A DNA stretch of 64,000 nt, from positions 1-64,000 of the forward strand of contig JAQGDQ010000809.1 in assembly GCA_030141605.1 (NCBI GenBank), read 5' to 3'. The notes below the pieces were generated by a model. It saw nothing but the letters and a program-made list of their open reading frames with translations, was not told the origin of the DNA and did no database searches. Both the position numbers and the translations under genes were made by a program. This document shows positions 49,319 through 63,289 of the stretch, piece by piece (position 1 is the first letter of the stretch; every line of letters begins with the position of its first letter). Origin of the DNA: Tubiluchus corallicola. Taxonomy: Eukaryota > Animalia > Priapulida.

Positions 49319-50881
49319 ATGCTCTCGACACAGGCAATTGCAACTCTAATTATTTGGTGCAGCGTAGAGGCGGCAACATTACTTCCCATTGCTGGTGGCG
49401 CCAAAATTCACGAACTTACCAATAAAACCGAACACGAGTATTCTAAACACAGGAGTGAAATTTTCAGGCAAAAGAAATCGAACTTGCTTATATGCACCCC
49501 TGAAGTCATTGAAGAAGACCGCGAAGTAAACGAAAGAAACCATGATTTTATAAGCGATTGTATTAAAACAAAGACCGCAGGACGGAGAACAAAATACCAA
49601 AACAACAATGGTATTAACTTAAGTAAATATGTTGATGTCTTAAATGTCACTAGCAATGTGATGACTGGGCAACATGAAAATCACACTGCCAACCATATTG
49701 TAGATGATGATAATACAGATGAGAATGCAAAAACCGACAATGAAGGAATCTCGCACGGAAAAGAAGTTGCTGAGTCTATTGAATATTTCTTGAACCACAT
49801 AGCATCGCAAATCATTTTTGTTTTTGGATTCGTGGGAAATTCGATAAACATCATTGTTTTCAGCCGTAGTAACCGTTTCCACTCTATTTCTTACCGTTAC
49901 CTGCTGTGGATGTCAGTGGCTGATTTCACTTCTATTCCTTTCTTCTATTCCGTGCGTCTCTGCAGGACCCTTAAACCTTGGAATCATGTGAGGGCTTGGT
50001 ATCTTGGACATATTGGCGTCACTTGTCTTAACTGGTTTAAATTTACAAGTAACTATTTAGTTGCTGCTTTGACGCTGGATAGATACATTGCCGTAGCTCA
50101 TCCATTTTCAATCAAAACAGTCAGGAATAAAAAAACTGTCAATTTCATCATCATCTTCGCTTTCACTTTTTCTCTTGTTTTGGTGTTTCCCGATTTTTTT
50201 CGAAACATGGTTGTTGAAACATATTCGGATCCGGCAACGGGAGAGACTACATATGTTTACAAGCCAGTCCGCTACTATGTTAACCATCCAGCATACAAAT
50301 ACTTCTACTCTTGGGCAAGAGCATTGTTTGGACAAATTATTACCACCCTGTGCGTTGTCATTTTCAATCCGCTAACAATGTGGTCGTTTCACAAAAGGAC
50401 TGTCAGGCGCGTCCAGATGGTGAATGAAGTCCGTCCTGTTGGGCAAAAGAAGATCAGCCGTGATGAACGCCATCTCTTGATTCTCTTGGCAACAGCATCC
50501 ATCATCTTCATCATTTTCACCTTGCCAAACACCATTGTCGCACTGGCACGTAGGGCCGACCACTCGCTGTTGAAAGATCCAGTTTTTGCCTCTGTCAGAC
50601 ATGTGGCCAACACACTAGCATTCATAAACCAGGCCATGAACATGTATATGTATACTTTCATCTGTAGAGATTATAGGAAAAGTCTCGTGGAAATCATTTG
50701 TAGAAAGAAAAATGCTGTAAGCGAAGTATCACGTACTTCAGAACCTTCACGTCTCGCTGGAACTAGTTCCAAGTTCACGCTTTCTGCAGGCAAGACTACA
50801 AAGATCGGGCACAGTGTTGATAACTTGGAAAAATCTGACCAACCAGGCAACAGTAAAAAAGTTTTTGTCCATGAATTTTGA
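49319..50881 (+). CDS. Rhodopsin-family (class A) GPCR, FMRFamide/sex-peptide-receptor-like orphan peptide receptor, single coding exon, 520 aa
   Basis: Seven hydrophobic segments; TM1 FGFVGNSINIIVF, TM2 MSVADF, TM3 LTLDRYIAVAHP, TM6 FIIFTLP, TM7 FINQAMNMYMY followed by helix-8-like RDYRKSL; long N-terminus with N-glycosylation sequons. Confidence 0.92.
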   Translation: MLSTQAIATLIIWCSVEAATLLPIAGGAKIHELTNKTEHEYSKHRSEIFRQKKSNLLICTPEVIEEDREVNERNHDFISDCIKTKTAGRRTKYQNNNGINLSKYVDVLNVTSNVMTGQHENHTANHIVDDDNTDENAKTDNEGISHGKEVAESIEYFLNHIASQIIFVFGFVGNSINIIVFSRSNRFHSISYRYLLWMSVADFTSIPFFYSVRLCRTLKPWNHVRAWYLGHIGVTCLNWFKFTSNYLVAALTLDRYIAVAHPFSIKTVRNKKTVNFIIIFAFTFSLVLVFPDFFRNMVVETYSDPATGETTYVYKPVRYYVNHPAYKYFYSWARALFGQIITTLCVVIFNPLTMWSFHKRTVRRVQMVNEVRPVGQKKISRDERHLLILLATASIIFIIFTLPNTIVALARRADHSLLKDPVFASVRHVANTLAFINQAMNMYMYTFICRDYRKSLVEIICRKKNAVSEVSRTSEPSRLAGTSSKFTLSAGKTTKIGHSVDNLEKSDQPGNSKKVFVHEF

Positions 50882-53800
50882 GATTTTACAGATCTTGGTG
50901 GGACGTGAGATTTGTTGTTGCTCCTTGCTTTTTCTTTTTTTCATTATCTTTTTTCTTTTCTTCTTTTTCCTTATTTTGCTTTTTCAATTTTTTCCACAAT
51001 ACTGATATTCAGTACGTAATACAAACACAATTGAATAAATAAGCGAAGTTCATCAAATGAAATGTTATAAAAAGCATTGAGCCTCTATTCCTATACTTTT
51101 ATTGATCTCATTATGTTATCTAGAACATAACCTGTAAACTGTTATCAATAGCAAATTGCCCTAAGTGTAAAAACGAAATGAACAGATACTTGATTACTTT
51201 ACTATCACTAAAAAATTTGACTGGTAACTTGAAGATTTTCATGGTATTAGTGTATAAACTGAAAGCAGAACGGCTTAAACTACATCAAATTCACATTAGA
51301 GTTTTTAGCTAAACTTACAGGTGTACATGCAAATTCGCTCTGGTTTTTGATTTTTTAAACTTTAGACGAATCAGGATTTAGAACTGGTTAAGAATGGGAT
51401 TTTTTAAATTCAAGATATTCTGTTCAATGAAACAAATAAGTATCTCTGTGTAGGTGATGATAAGGTGTTTTTTGTATACATGTTGTAAGTGTTTTAATAG
51501 GTATCATTTAAGAAAGTCGTTAGCTTAATATTGTTTAATTCATGTGTTCCTTTCTCTTGAACTGTTTTTCAGCAGATTAAGGGAGTTCCTACAGGAGATA
51601 ACTGCAGCCTGTTGTGTTACCGTGAGTTTTCATTTATGCACCAGCTGCTTAAATTAGCTAGGATATTAAAACCCAGGATAAAAAGTTTGGTTTGTCTAAA
51701 ATGCTTTCACTCACATGTAGATACACTCACTGACGACGTGTATCTGGTTAATTATAAGAATTATAAGTTTTTTTGGCAACATTATTCACAGTAGTTATCC
51801 AGAAGTGGTGGCATTGATGATGATAGGCATTGAGCTCATTTGGATATAGCTGGCGAGGAAGTGCATACTATCACGGAAGTCTTTCATATAGTAGACAATT
51901 TTCCATTTTCTCTGGTAAATTATATTTTTCTTATAGTAACTAACTTGACTACTTGAGCTGCTTGACTTTGCAAGGATTAGTTAAAGTAAAGAAAAATTTT
52001 TATTGAGAGTCTTAAAACTGATCGAGGTTATGTCAGATACTGGATACTCGAGACCAGGTCCATTGAAGGCTAGTGATCGTATGTTTCAAGATAATCGTAA
52101 CTTGCAATGTAAGTTCTAGTTGATTTCTGATAAGGAAGTTTCTTTCGGGTAGTAGTATATATACGACTTTTCAATCCGACATTTGCTGCCATTCAAATTA
52201 TTTCACTAACCTAACTTTACTAATTCCCATCGTCAGCTCTCTGCATTATCATTTCCATCTTTTTTACCTTCGTTTTTTGCACCCTAAAAGCTGCACCACT
52301 AATTTCATTATAGTAGCACAAGCAATGCTTCTTGACTATAATAGTGTAAGCAACAATTTAGGTAAATATTACACCATGTTCATTTTATTAAATATTACTA
52401 TAATTATGAAGTTCTACGTACTGTGACTTATATCGTGTTTTGTTGTATACCATATTGTTGTGTGGAGTTGTCGTAATAAAAATAAAAAAGATGCTGTTAT
52501 CCCGTTTATTTATTTATTCATTTATTTATTTTATTTTATTTATTTATTGTTGTCATTATTATTATTATTGTTATTTGTTTTCAATTTGTTTTCTAAATAT
52601 GTTTATTATTTTGTTATTTATTTCCATATTGATTTATTTATTGCATTCAGTTTGCATACATTTATTGTTGTAATTACTGTTAATTGTACTTTAACGTTGT
52701 TTTAGCTTTGGAAATTTAAATGGGTAATTACTGATTTTTTGAAGTAATTATTGGCATGTATTTTATGGAATGACAAAGCACGCTAGGAAAAGTCTCTGAA
52801 GTTTACCCTTCAACGCTTTTCTTAGGCATTATATATAATGCAAAAGTCTGTTTGGGCAAAGTATGTAAGTGTTGAGTTTTGGACATGCTTTTTCTCGGCA
52901 TTTTGTAGAATGTTGAATAAATTTTAGTTAATGTAAAAATAAAATAAACTGTCAGCTGTTTTATATAATTTTCATATGCAATTTAATGCCAATTTTGTGC
53001 CAATCTAAGATTGAGTCCAGAAATGCCAGAATGTCAGTAAAAATTGGACAGTTGCAGCTTGATCACCGAATAAACTTTAAACATTAAGACGTGTGTACAT
53101 AACTAGTAGTCTAGTAGTAGAAAAGTAGTCTAGCTCGTAATACTACAGTCTAACACACTGTGGCTTCTAATGCATACTACCGTGGGAAGGGGTAATGGAG
53201 CAAAACGTTTATACCTGCAACATTTACAAAGTCATAACGCGCTTCATGTATGTCCGTTTCATTTATTCCTGCTAGTGCCGCTCTTCTTCCGTTGTAATGA
53301 CGTAATGACTCAGGAGACCAATTCTTGCATTAACCATGTAGACGGTATTCGAGAGTTTGTGGGACAACAGTTAAGCTTTTCGAATCTGCCGCTTTTCTTG
53401 GGACTTGGTCTTCTTGAGTCAAAGCAAAAGCTGTTAAGCTTTTGAATTTGAATAATGTTTATTTGAAAGTGGACTTTAACTCGTCTTTGTGGCAACGAAG
53501 AAGACATCGTTATGTTCTCGGTGCTCTGGGTTTCTGTTCATTCGAGGACAGTAATATTGGGGAAGCAGTAGTGGCATTTCATGTTCGTGATGGAGCGAAG
53601 CTTTTACTAATGAAAACCTTCGAGATCTTTGGTGTCACAGTAATAGTGAGTCTAAGATTTGCTGCCATAGGGGAAGATTTAGGTTACGACAGCTTGATCA
53701 TTATTTCACTTTTAGCTTTATGTCTTTGTTCTTAAAAACTCGTTTCGTAAAAGCCGTTCCAATTTATGCTCAATACTTTTTTTCGGAAATGCATTTGCAG

Positions 53801-54432
53801 AAAGTAGGCCTATAACTTCCTAGGCATGGAAAATGCACGGTGAGCGGCTTGTCAGAGATGAAGATGTGCATCCGTCGCCAATTGAACCACTTGCTTACTA
53901 AGTTGTTTTATGCATACTATACAACGCCCGAGGAATGTATTGTACATCCGGGGAACGTCAAATTCACTTCGAATTATGTTCATTTTGCACTTAATCAAAA
54001 TCACATAAATTTACGCATTCTATGTAGAATCTAGCCATTATAATTATACAAAACATCTAGAAAGTGTAAAAATGTCAAAATGCCATAGGTCGGATATCAT
54101 AAAAGTGTATCTTACAATTTAAGACTCAATATTGGCAAACCTAGTGTCACCTTGAAACTGGAAGATACTGTCCATAGCTACAGATATTAAAATTTATAGT
54201 GACATTGAAAAAATGTTGTAATCGTATACAGTAGTGGGGCCGCCAGTTAACTCACTTGTAGTCCTTTTACGGACACTATCACAGATCTTGTTGAAGTTAC
54301 ACCAAGATAATACAAAAGCTCACCAGTCGCCATTGTTAACACAGCCCATAGAAACTGAAACGGATACAGTATAAGGTATCCACGCATCATGTGGTTACCG
54401 TGGTCGTGGGTTCGACACTCGCTTTGGGTGTA

Positions 54433-54433
54433 C

Positions 54434-54479
<46 letters not shown>

Positions 54480-54490
54480 ATATATATAAA
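54433..54490. repeat. (TA)n microsatellite
   Basis: Directly visible. Confidence 0.9.
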
Positions 54491-57400
54491 TGAATCAGAC
54501 TCGAACCACAACGCAATCATCTTGTTGTAAAGGAAAACCAGAATTGGGAAATCTAAAAAGCCGGCGTATTAACAATGTAAGACAATCGAAATTTTGACAA
54601 AAGCAGGTGCCATTATCAGAAAACAAAAATCGAAACACGAGAAGCAGAAATTTTATGGCCGTCTGTACCCACAAAACTGAACATTTCACAAGTTCACAAC
54701 CAGTAATTTCTATTGCTCTCTTCTAGTGGCGGAACAACTGGACAATCAAATTTACTGCTAGATTGCAAGGACTTGTGTGGTCTAGATAGGTCAGACATTG
54801 TTTATGCGAAGAAAAAACCTCATGATGTATTCTGCTCACAAGTAGATGGTATATGCACTATGTTTTCATAAATTTGAATGAATGTACCTTAGGAAAAAAC
54901 AGTTATTTCGCCAGGGTATATTCGACCATACGTGACGCTTGACTTAGAGGAAAAGGAAACCTCGTTAACTCCACCAACAAAGCCATATGTTGAAACAAAT
55001 TAGTGTTGATGTGCACTTCTTCAAAAAGTAGCATAAGTGAAAAATCTAATTTAGCTGATGCACACGCAGGTGAAGCTGCTATTGAGTTAATATCTTGTAA
55101 GTATTCCGGTAATGTCCGTAACGTGCTAGGAATCATCTTGCCTGTGTTTGAAGAATTGCGTTATCTTTGCAAACAAGCAATATCTAAATCAATTTAACAA
55201 AAGTTATCAGATGGGGACATTTTCGAAGAGAGGCCATTACTTAGACAGTAAAATGGCGTTAAGGTAACAGCAAACTTTATTAGGTTAACACACAAACAGG
55301 AACGTAAAATCCCATACACAATCCAAAAAAACCTGCATCATTGCGTGTCGGAAATCCCCATCCAGGCGGTAAATTAACATCGCCATCTACAGGTAATAGC
55401 AGTAAAACATCATGGCTTTACCTCTTACAATTTGTGATAAAAATTAATGAAACGTAAACTACAAAAGTAATGATTTTTATTGTAAGACAATCAAACTGAG
55501 TAACATAAAATATTCCATAGTTTGTAAGTCGAACAGTTAACCGCCAAGTCATGAACTGTACCATATGGGAATATACATGTACTAAAACGAACTCGACATT
55601 GACTGACAGAGCAGGACTTTCGACTCGAGTCGAACTTGTTCTTTTACTCTTCTTAGTTCGCTGCATTTGTAACTAAGTTTAAGACAGTTGGCTAAAACTC
55701 GGCTTTTAAAAATTTATGGAAAATGTGGACATAGAATGTAGTGCTGTGTTCAGATTAAACTTATTTTTACCGGTAGGGCACATATAATTATCTTTTGAGA
55801 CAATATACAGGCCTTAATTAAAGCCTAACAGGCCACCAACCAATTTAGCATTTTCAAGTATTAGTTTACTCACATTGGACCAGTTCTCAACTAGCAAGAT
55901 GAATTTGCAATTAATTAAGAGCCTGAATAAAAATGTAATGAAATAGTTAAAAATAATGTACGAGATAACGAATTAATGATGGATAAATCCAGTGTTTTAA
56001 CTTGAAACCGAATTAAATCGAAAATAAGAAATATGGAAAAATCTTTACTAAGCTTGGATTTGAACAGGATTCCTTGAGTGGTCTCCCATCATTAACACCG
56101 GACCACACAGTCCTGAAGTTTATTCCTAATAATATTAATTAATGATCGAGTGAATACACATTTATCAAATTTTCGAAAAGTAGAAACAGTCGGGACTGCC
56201 TCTCTACGTGCTCCGAGATCTTCTGGATTAAAATTCCGGCACAAAGACCACTAACAGAAATTCAGTTGAAAGTCATTCGTAGCCTCAAGCCTTTACATGC
56301 AAGCTTACCTTTAATCTCTTTGGTTGAGTAACGCAATTGTCCTTTATGCTCGCCAAGTTCTCTACTATAATATCCTAAACAAAATATCATTTTAAATTAT
56401 TTACAGACTGCATAGTCTAATACGCGAATTCATGGAAGAGGGACGTTCCTGGCAAAGCTGAGGCCGATTCTAGCACGACATGTACACCACCTGTAATTTT
56501 ATCGTTGTGTAAAAGATTCTTAGTATTAACTTAAATGGGACGGGCAAGTTGCAAGATAGAACTTTCGTCCATCGACCTAACATTCCCAGCTAGATCGAAT
56601 GAACGCAAGTACTATGAATATTGGTGACTAAACCTGCTCATTTGACTCTCAGAAATCCTTGCTTCAGCTTATCAAGATATTTGAATGCATACACCTGTAA
56701 TATACAAGATACAAGGTACAAGATACAATACAAAATAATATGCCCTTATACTTAGAACTGAAGGCGAAACAGTCCTTCACAGGTCATAAAATTATATTAT
56801 TTAGGCGACAATTTTGAAATGGGACATCTGGGCGTCTTAAAAACTATAATATATGTGAGAATGAAATTTTCTGAATTAGTTTTTGTATAAGAGGCCTTTT
56901 TTAGAAAACGTGTTTACAATGTTATTCCTTTTTTGCAAAATTTCGTTTCGCTAATTCTGAAAGTATAATTTTTTATTATGCAAGACACTCTAAGCCAATT
57001 ATACGTAATGATATATAACACCCTAACATATGGATCACCGTAACCGGCATTGGAGTCTAGAACTGACGTCTACAGGTGATAATTATAGGACTTGGCGCTA
57101 GAAGTCTTGGAGCCAGTTTCAAGGCCTTGCTTTCTATTCGTACTTACCATCTTCTATACCAGTCTGTGTTATCAAAGCCATGCCAAAAAGAATTCCAGCA
57201 ACCAAAACCTGTAAAGTGAAGATAGCATTATCACAGTTAGAACCGCATTAACAGATTTTTTACATAACAGCACACTTATGTTATCATGACATCAACATCA
57301 CAGACAAACAACAAAAAGAGACAAACTATTGCAAATCACCTAATCTGTAACGGCACACACATGCAAAATTACCGCCAAAGGAAAAGGGTCATCAGGTGAG

Positions 57401-57645
57401 TCACCGGGAAAGATTCAGATTTTGGTCCCTACTCATTATCCTCAAACTCTCCTGGCGAGAGCCAGTCACATTGAATGCCCAACCTTAGATGTCAATGTGA
57501 TAACTACAGACAACACGTAACACAAAGCACACACAGAACATCAACGTAAACCAACTGCAACAATGACAAAAGAAGAGAAGGGGTTCCTACAACAAGACCA
57601 CAAAGCGACAAAAGGCTAGACAAGTTTCTCATTACCAAAATCGCA

Positions 57646-58430
57646 TCAAGGCAACAGCCACTTGCTTAACTGAATACCAGCCGAACTCATACAAAAGAAA
57701 GCGGTGGCTTTTAAAAACATTTTCACAAGATTGAAGAGACTCGTCGTAGAGCAGTGGTTCCCAAACTTTCTCGGACCGTTACCCAAATCGGGAAACCCGG
57801 TCGTGTCCATTACCCCCCACCTAGTACTACTCTCCAAATCAAAAAGTAAACACACGTATATGCCACAAGAAAACTACGTAAAATGCATTCCGAGCGAAGT
57901 TTTAAAAATTTAACGGGTGCCCGTTACCCCCCCCCCCCCCAAAAAAAAACCATATTACCCCCGGGGGGTAATTTACCCCTACTTTGGGAACCACTGTCGT
58001 AGAGTAACCACTGTTTGATATAATTTTATACAACCTAGATGCCCTAACTAAAAACCCCTCTTTACTTGCACATAACCCGGCATACCTAAGTAATTGACCA
58101 GAAACCACATTATAACCTATCTTAAGTGGAACATTACTAAAAGGAAAAGAATACATAATGATAGGAAAGGAGAAATCAGCAACTTTATGAAAAATATTTG
58201 TTTCATAACCTAATAACCTACCAGTGATTGTTACTGAAACATCCAAATAATTAACAGACTTATCATTGCGCTACTAAGTGTTGCAATTAAACTCTGGGTA
58301 AATGTCAGAAATCAAAATTTCAAAAAATTCACAATTAACCATACAAATATCATCGATGTATCTACAGGTATTAGAAAGTGTTTTAGTCAGACCAAACTTT
58401 TTCTGTTTTAGTAATTTCTGCATAAACTTA
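57646..58430 (-). mobile_element. Penelope-like retroelement RT fragment (palm C-terminus and thumb), interrupted by a MITE
   Basis: Minus strand gives KTLSNTCRYIDDI..IYPE, then YLDVSV..TNIFHKVADFSFPIIMYSFPFSNVPLKIGYNVVSGQLLRYAGLCAS..F..RASRL...GYS. This matches the PLE pattern RYIDD...K.DDF.F.I..FP...SN.P...Y....SQL.RY. The frame resumes after the MITE and stops at 57646. Confidence 0.8.
57752..57996. mobile_element. hAT (Charlie-like) MITE, 245 bp
   Basis: TIRs CAGTGGTTCCCAAA ... TTTGGGAACCACTG; perfect 8-bp TSD TCGTAGAG (57744-57751 and 57997-58004); subterminal TTACCCCC repeats. Confidence 0.95.
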
Positions 58431-60804
58431 CAGAATATCATCTAATATTGGACTACAATTTACCACCAAATATATTTCACTTAAATTTGATAAGACTTAC
58501 CAGCTTATTTATTAATATCGACAGCATAATTCATGGTAGTTGGAATGATCTAAATATCTATTTGTGATAGTCACTAGGCAGAAACGCAAGAGAAGAGTAA
58601 CCATGCAGCTTAGAAAAATCGTTTTTTCTTAAAATGGCTCAGAGCTAGTTTGTCTGCGATATCTCCAAAAGTGTCACTTGACAAATAGCTGTTACGGTTG
58701 CAGTGGCCAATTGACAAAGTTTTTCTTGCCCGTTAGCACCAATAGAAGGTTGTACGACTTCCTCGTTTAAAGAAACTTGCTGCCAGTATGGTAAGTATGA
58801 GGGCACATTGTGTTTACGACAACATTTAGAAACGGACTTCGCACACGAGGCTATAATAATATTTACATCATCTTTATGGCTGCGCAATTAAAGCTCCAAT
58901 CTGAGTATAGGCCAGCAGTTAAATCCACTTTTTCCGAAATATTTGCAAGCCAACTGTCTTTAACTAAAGGACGAAGTCTTCAAGCTATAATGCTTCAATA
59001 ATTTAGGATTAAAGTAAAAATGAATTTTTTCTCCTGGATAAAATTCGTTTGATGAAACACAGATTTGCCATTGCGCATCTCGCATGAATTGATTCAGCAA
59101 ACTCCTAATACTGGAGCCATGAGTTTGCGTGCCAGAATACCATCCCCAAAACTCCATGTGTCACACATTTTGCGAAAAATAAAATTACTATGTTAGGTTT
59201 TGTGATTTGATTAGGTGTTAATGCTTTACCGTTTGAAATAACCTATCCTTCATATAAATGAAAAAACTTACCGGAAATGTAATTGATACTCATCATAGTT
59301 TCCATAGTCTAATATAATATGTGTAATATGTGCCCTAATAATGATCTTCTTCATATATATATATATATATGGGAGAATGTATGGTGTGTTCTTAATTCTG
59401 CTTATTTTGCTTAAAATTGGTTTAGTTGGACTTTTATTTTAAACTATGTCACTGTGCGAGTGTGTCATCTCACAAAGCTTATTGTTACGTAAGTTCAAGG
59501 TTAGATATTCAGTATAATTCGTGGCTAATAGCTAAGCCGGGACAATGAGCTCTGGCTTTAAGAACTGCTTTCTTCACATTTATTATAATAAATGTTATTA
59601 ATAATTATCTACATTAATTTCATATTTTTATTAAAGCCTGGGCTCATTTGCCCAATATTAGCCAGTGTAAGACATTAGCCCATTTTTATCCTATAATTTG
59701 TAAAGTTAATTTAAAGATTGTAAACGATTGTTTTGACATGGCTCAAATGACATGAGCCATAATAAGAAACGGAGTCCGTCTGCGCAAGAAGTTAGTAAAT
59801 AAGGTAAGGGAAAAATAGATTAACTAAGATGTGTTAGCAAACTATGTTATAGAACTTAAGCATTACTAGAGACGAATAAGCAGCATTTTGATTAACTGTG
59901 TTGTTCAGTAATTGCGCGCTATTGTGTGCACTGAAAAAAAGTTAAGCGAAATACACAAAATACTTTAAATAACGCTGTTTTTGTGCAAACCTGTTAGATT
60001 GCCTGTTGAACATAACTCCAGAAGAAGAGACGTCGGCTTTGATGAAGTACATACTGGGCTAGACTGCATTCAGGAAATCTTAGTCCCTCAATGGGAGTAT
60101 ATTACCCAGGCTTATCTAATTCCTCCTTCTTTAATTTAAGATAAAATAAATACAACAGTCACTGAAAATATGATCCTTTCATATTATTATATTACTCGTA
60201 ATAATATGTAACATGATTCTTTTATTGTATTGTATTGCTTCTAAAATATTTCTACATAATTATAAGATTGATATTCAAATGGTGCTAGTAAAATTAAGTC
60301 CTAAATCCTATAGTATTTAACTTAGACTTTTCAAGCTAGACAGATTGGACACAAACTAAACACTAAAAACATCAATTAATCGACATCTGCCAATATTTAT
60401 CACATTAAAGGTTAATTTTTGCATATCCCTAACTATATTATTTATTTGTTGGAAATTATCCCTTCTAAAAGCCGCTTAAAGAAAATTTCTAGATGTTCTG
60501 TCAACCAAACTGCAGGGCAAGAATACAATTAGTTTTGAAATTAAATAATCAAAAAAATTTAACGTTATTAAGGAATAAATTTAATTACAACCCGGGTATT
60601 GTAATTCGAACTCATTAACAGCAGGAATTCCTTGCACAAATTGTCTAAAATCCACAAAATATTACTGGTGTTTAAATTGCCATTAAATGATTAGGAATTT
60701 GTTAAACAAATGTTTTTAGATCATTAATCGTGCATTTATTTTACAGTTAAAGTCGTGTTAGTCAATGACAATTTCATAAGAGTGCACTTAATTTCAGAGA
60801 TAGG

Positions 60805-60811
60805 TCTTTCT

Positions 60812-60905
<94 letters not shown>
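60805..60905. repeat. (CT)n microsatellite
   Basis: About 45-50 CT units; explains the SLSL/ERER ORFs. Confidence 0.97.
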
Positions 60906-60908
<3 letters not shown>

Positions 60909-61938
60909 CTCTGTGTAATATGTGTTGTTTGATTGTTTCGTTGCTTGTAATGTATTCAATTGGATGTAGAGCAATAATAATGGTTCAGCCAGCATAAAGT
61001 TTTCGTCCCGCTTTTATATGACAATCATTTAATTTGCTCGGGAGTGATGCTGATAAGCCACTAGCTGGCATAGCAGTGTCTAGTTTTTTTGCTGGGTTAC
61101 TGATGTGTTTACATTTGTATTTATTTTATTTATTTGAAAGTTCTGCCTGCCCAGAGCTTACAATAGACGTAATGGGTATCATGATGATGATGACGATTAA
61201 AGGAATTTTGTTACGTCCTGTATAATAGGACTTCCCATTTTAATTCGGCTTTTCCTACATACCATTCTTTGCCAAATGAGCATTCTTCGAAAATTTTAAT
61301 TAATTTTTGTCATCATTTCGAGTTTTATTTTATGTCTTGTTTTCTAGCTCCTAGTCGGTTTGTAATCATAAAATTATGAAATAAAACCAGCTTGAAATAA
61401 CATTAAAAAAGCGAATGAAGGCGTGCCATATTGTAAGAAGGTGTTTAAGGCAAAATAAATTTTGCGTCGCTATGATAAACAAAGAAAGGAAATTGTTGCT
61501 TTTTGGTTTCAAACACTCCTGTGCAAGAAGCTGTTGAGTATCGAATGGCCTGAAAAAAATTTCAGAGTGATCTATTCGGTGTGATAAAGAAAGTTTTTCT
61601 AAAGTAAGCAAACTAGATGGCTGCATTGGAACATGGAAGGAAATTGCATTTTAAGGTGTCCTGCAGAGTCTGCACTTCACGTGGGATTACCTATAAATCT
61701 TAAGAATACTAATCCATTGTTTAATAATTGAGGATTACGTGCCGGCTTAAGACATAATATTATGTAGAATCTAGTTATAAGGCCTATAATTTGGGTGACT
61801 TTCTCACTGTTATACTATAGTCCCCACACGATACTAGCGCCCTTTTGCATGAACAGCATACAGTAAAAACACCAACCAAGTTTATTTTGCAAATTGCTCA
61901 ATTCAGTGGCATATTACAAAAAATTATTTTTTGTTGCT

Positions 61939-63090
61939 TTCAATTCAATTCAATTCAATTCAATTATTTATTATCTCCGTTAGAACGATAAAAATACAGT
62001 ATAAAGAATACATGGAATATTTTGAAGCAAAGGAGAAGGGCAGCGAAGAACCCGTAGGTTATCAAGTCAGCCACCCTTAAATAGTTATGATTAAATAAAC
62101 TTAATTATGGCGTCGTTATCAATTTAAATTTGTATTCAGTTGATGTGTGTTAATTTGGCAATTGAATGATAGGTATCGTAATACTGTAGAACATATAGTT
62201 TAAATAACGAAAGATTTACAATTCTAAAATACTATGAATCATGCGAAGCAAACACAATAAAAATAACTTGAGATTTTTAAGATAACAGAATATGCATAAT
62301 TTGAGCATTAACTAAAAAATCCGGCAAAAACAAAAAACAGTAAAATGATCAACCAAAGCTGTCGAGAAAAAATATAATAGATTAAACCAAGGAAAAATAA
62401 GGCAAATATAAATCATACAAAACAAAACAAGAAACAGAAGCAAATAAGAAAAACAAAACTGAAATGTTGTAATAATAACATCAATGACTGAATTTGTTGA
62501 GAAAGAAAATATAATAAATTAAACCATCGAAAAACTACTTCAACTGTAAATTAGACAAAATGAAATCAAAATATAACAAAAACTTAAACAAAATCTTTAA
62601 GTGTCGTAGCAATGAAAAAAATATGTATAGTATTACAAGTATATAAGCAAAATGTCTCATTTATTTGTATCCTGCAATAAGTTGTTTTTTATAGTTTAAA
62701 ATTAACTTTTTGTATTTACTGGACTTTAACTGGTCTGGTAATGAATTCCACAGCAAAGATCCTTGGTGTTTTAAAGAATTCTGGCCTTTAGATGTGTTGA
62801 ATCTTTCAATAAAATAAGATTGGGTTGTAGCAAACCTAGTAGAGTGGTGATGCATGTGACATGCTAAAGTATAATAATTGCTGAAGAGATCTGGAAGTGA
62901 ATTATTTTTGAATTTATGTACAAACTTGAGCAATTCTAATTTATACAGATCATGAACTTTTAGTAGATTTAGTTGCAAATACAAAGGTGTTACATGTTCC
63001 CTTTTGCTAGTAAATGTTATAAGTTTGATAATCTTGTTTTGTTTAGAAACCAATGATTTTAAGACCGATGCTGAAGCACTACCCCAGGCT
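61939..63090 (-). mobile_element. 5'-truncated L2/Crack-like LINE with 3' UTR and (TTGAA)n tail
   Basis: ORF 62661-63053 (QNKIIKLI..REHVTPLYLQLNLLKVHDLYKLEL..H.HSTR..G..SL..QG..LWNSLP); T-rich 3' UTR; on the minus strand AATAAA followed by TTGAA repeats at ~61939-61972. Confidence 0.85.
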
Positions 63091-63289
63091 TTGTTCTACA
63101 TTACCACTTGGTAAACATAGCGTTGTTATGCAGATGGTCTCTGTATCTAGCGGGTGAAACTGCAAATGGGTGGATTTATTTCACACTATGATTAAGTAAT
63201 AAAGATGTACTTAAGTGCTGCAGTGAGTTTGGTGACAGATTACGTCTAGCGATCGACACTTATATTCCATTACATGTAACAAATGGACC

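Noticed and set aside
49379-50661. Short antisense ORFs over the GPCR
   Set aside because: Shadow ORFs of the real plus-strand CDS.
57380-57430. Minus-strand CTGATGA downstream of the Penelope-like RT as a pLTR hammerhead
   Set aside because: No correctly placed GAAA or stem III.
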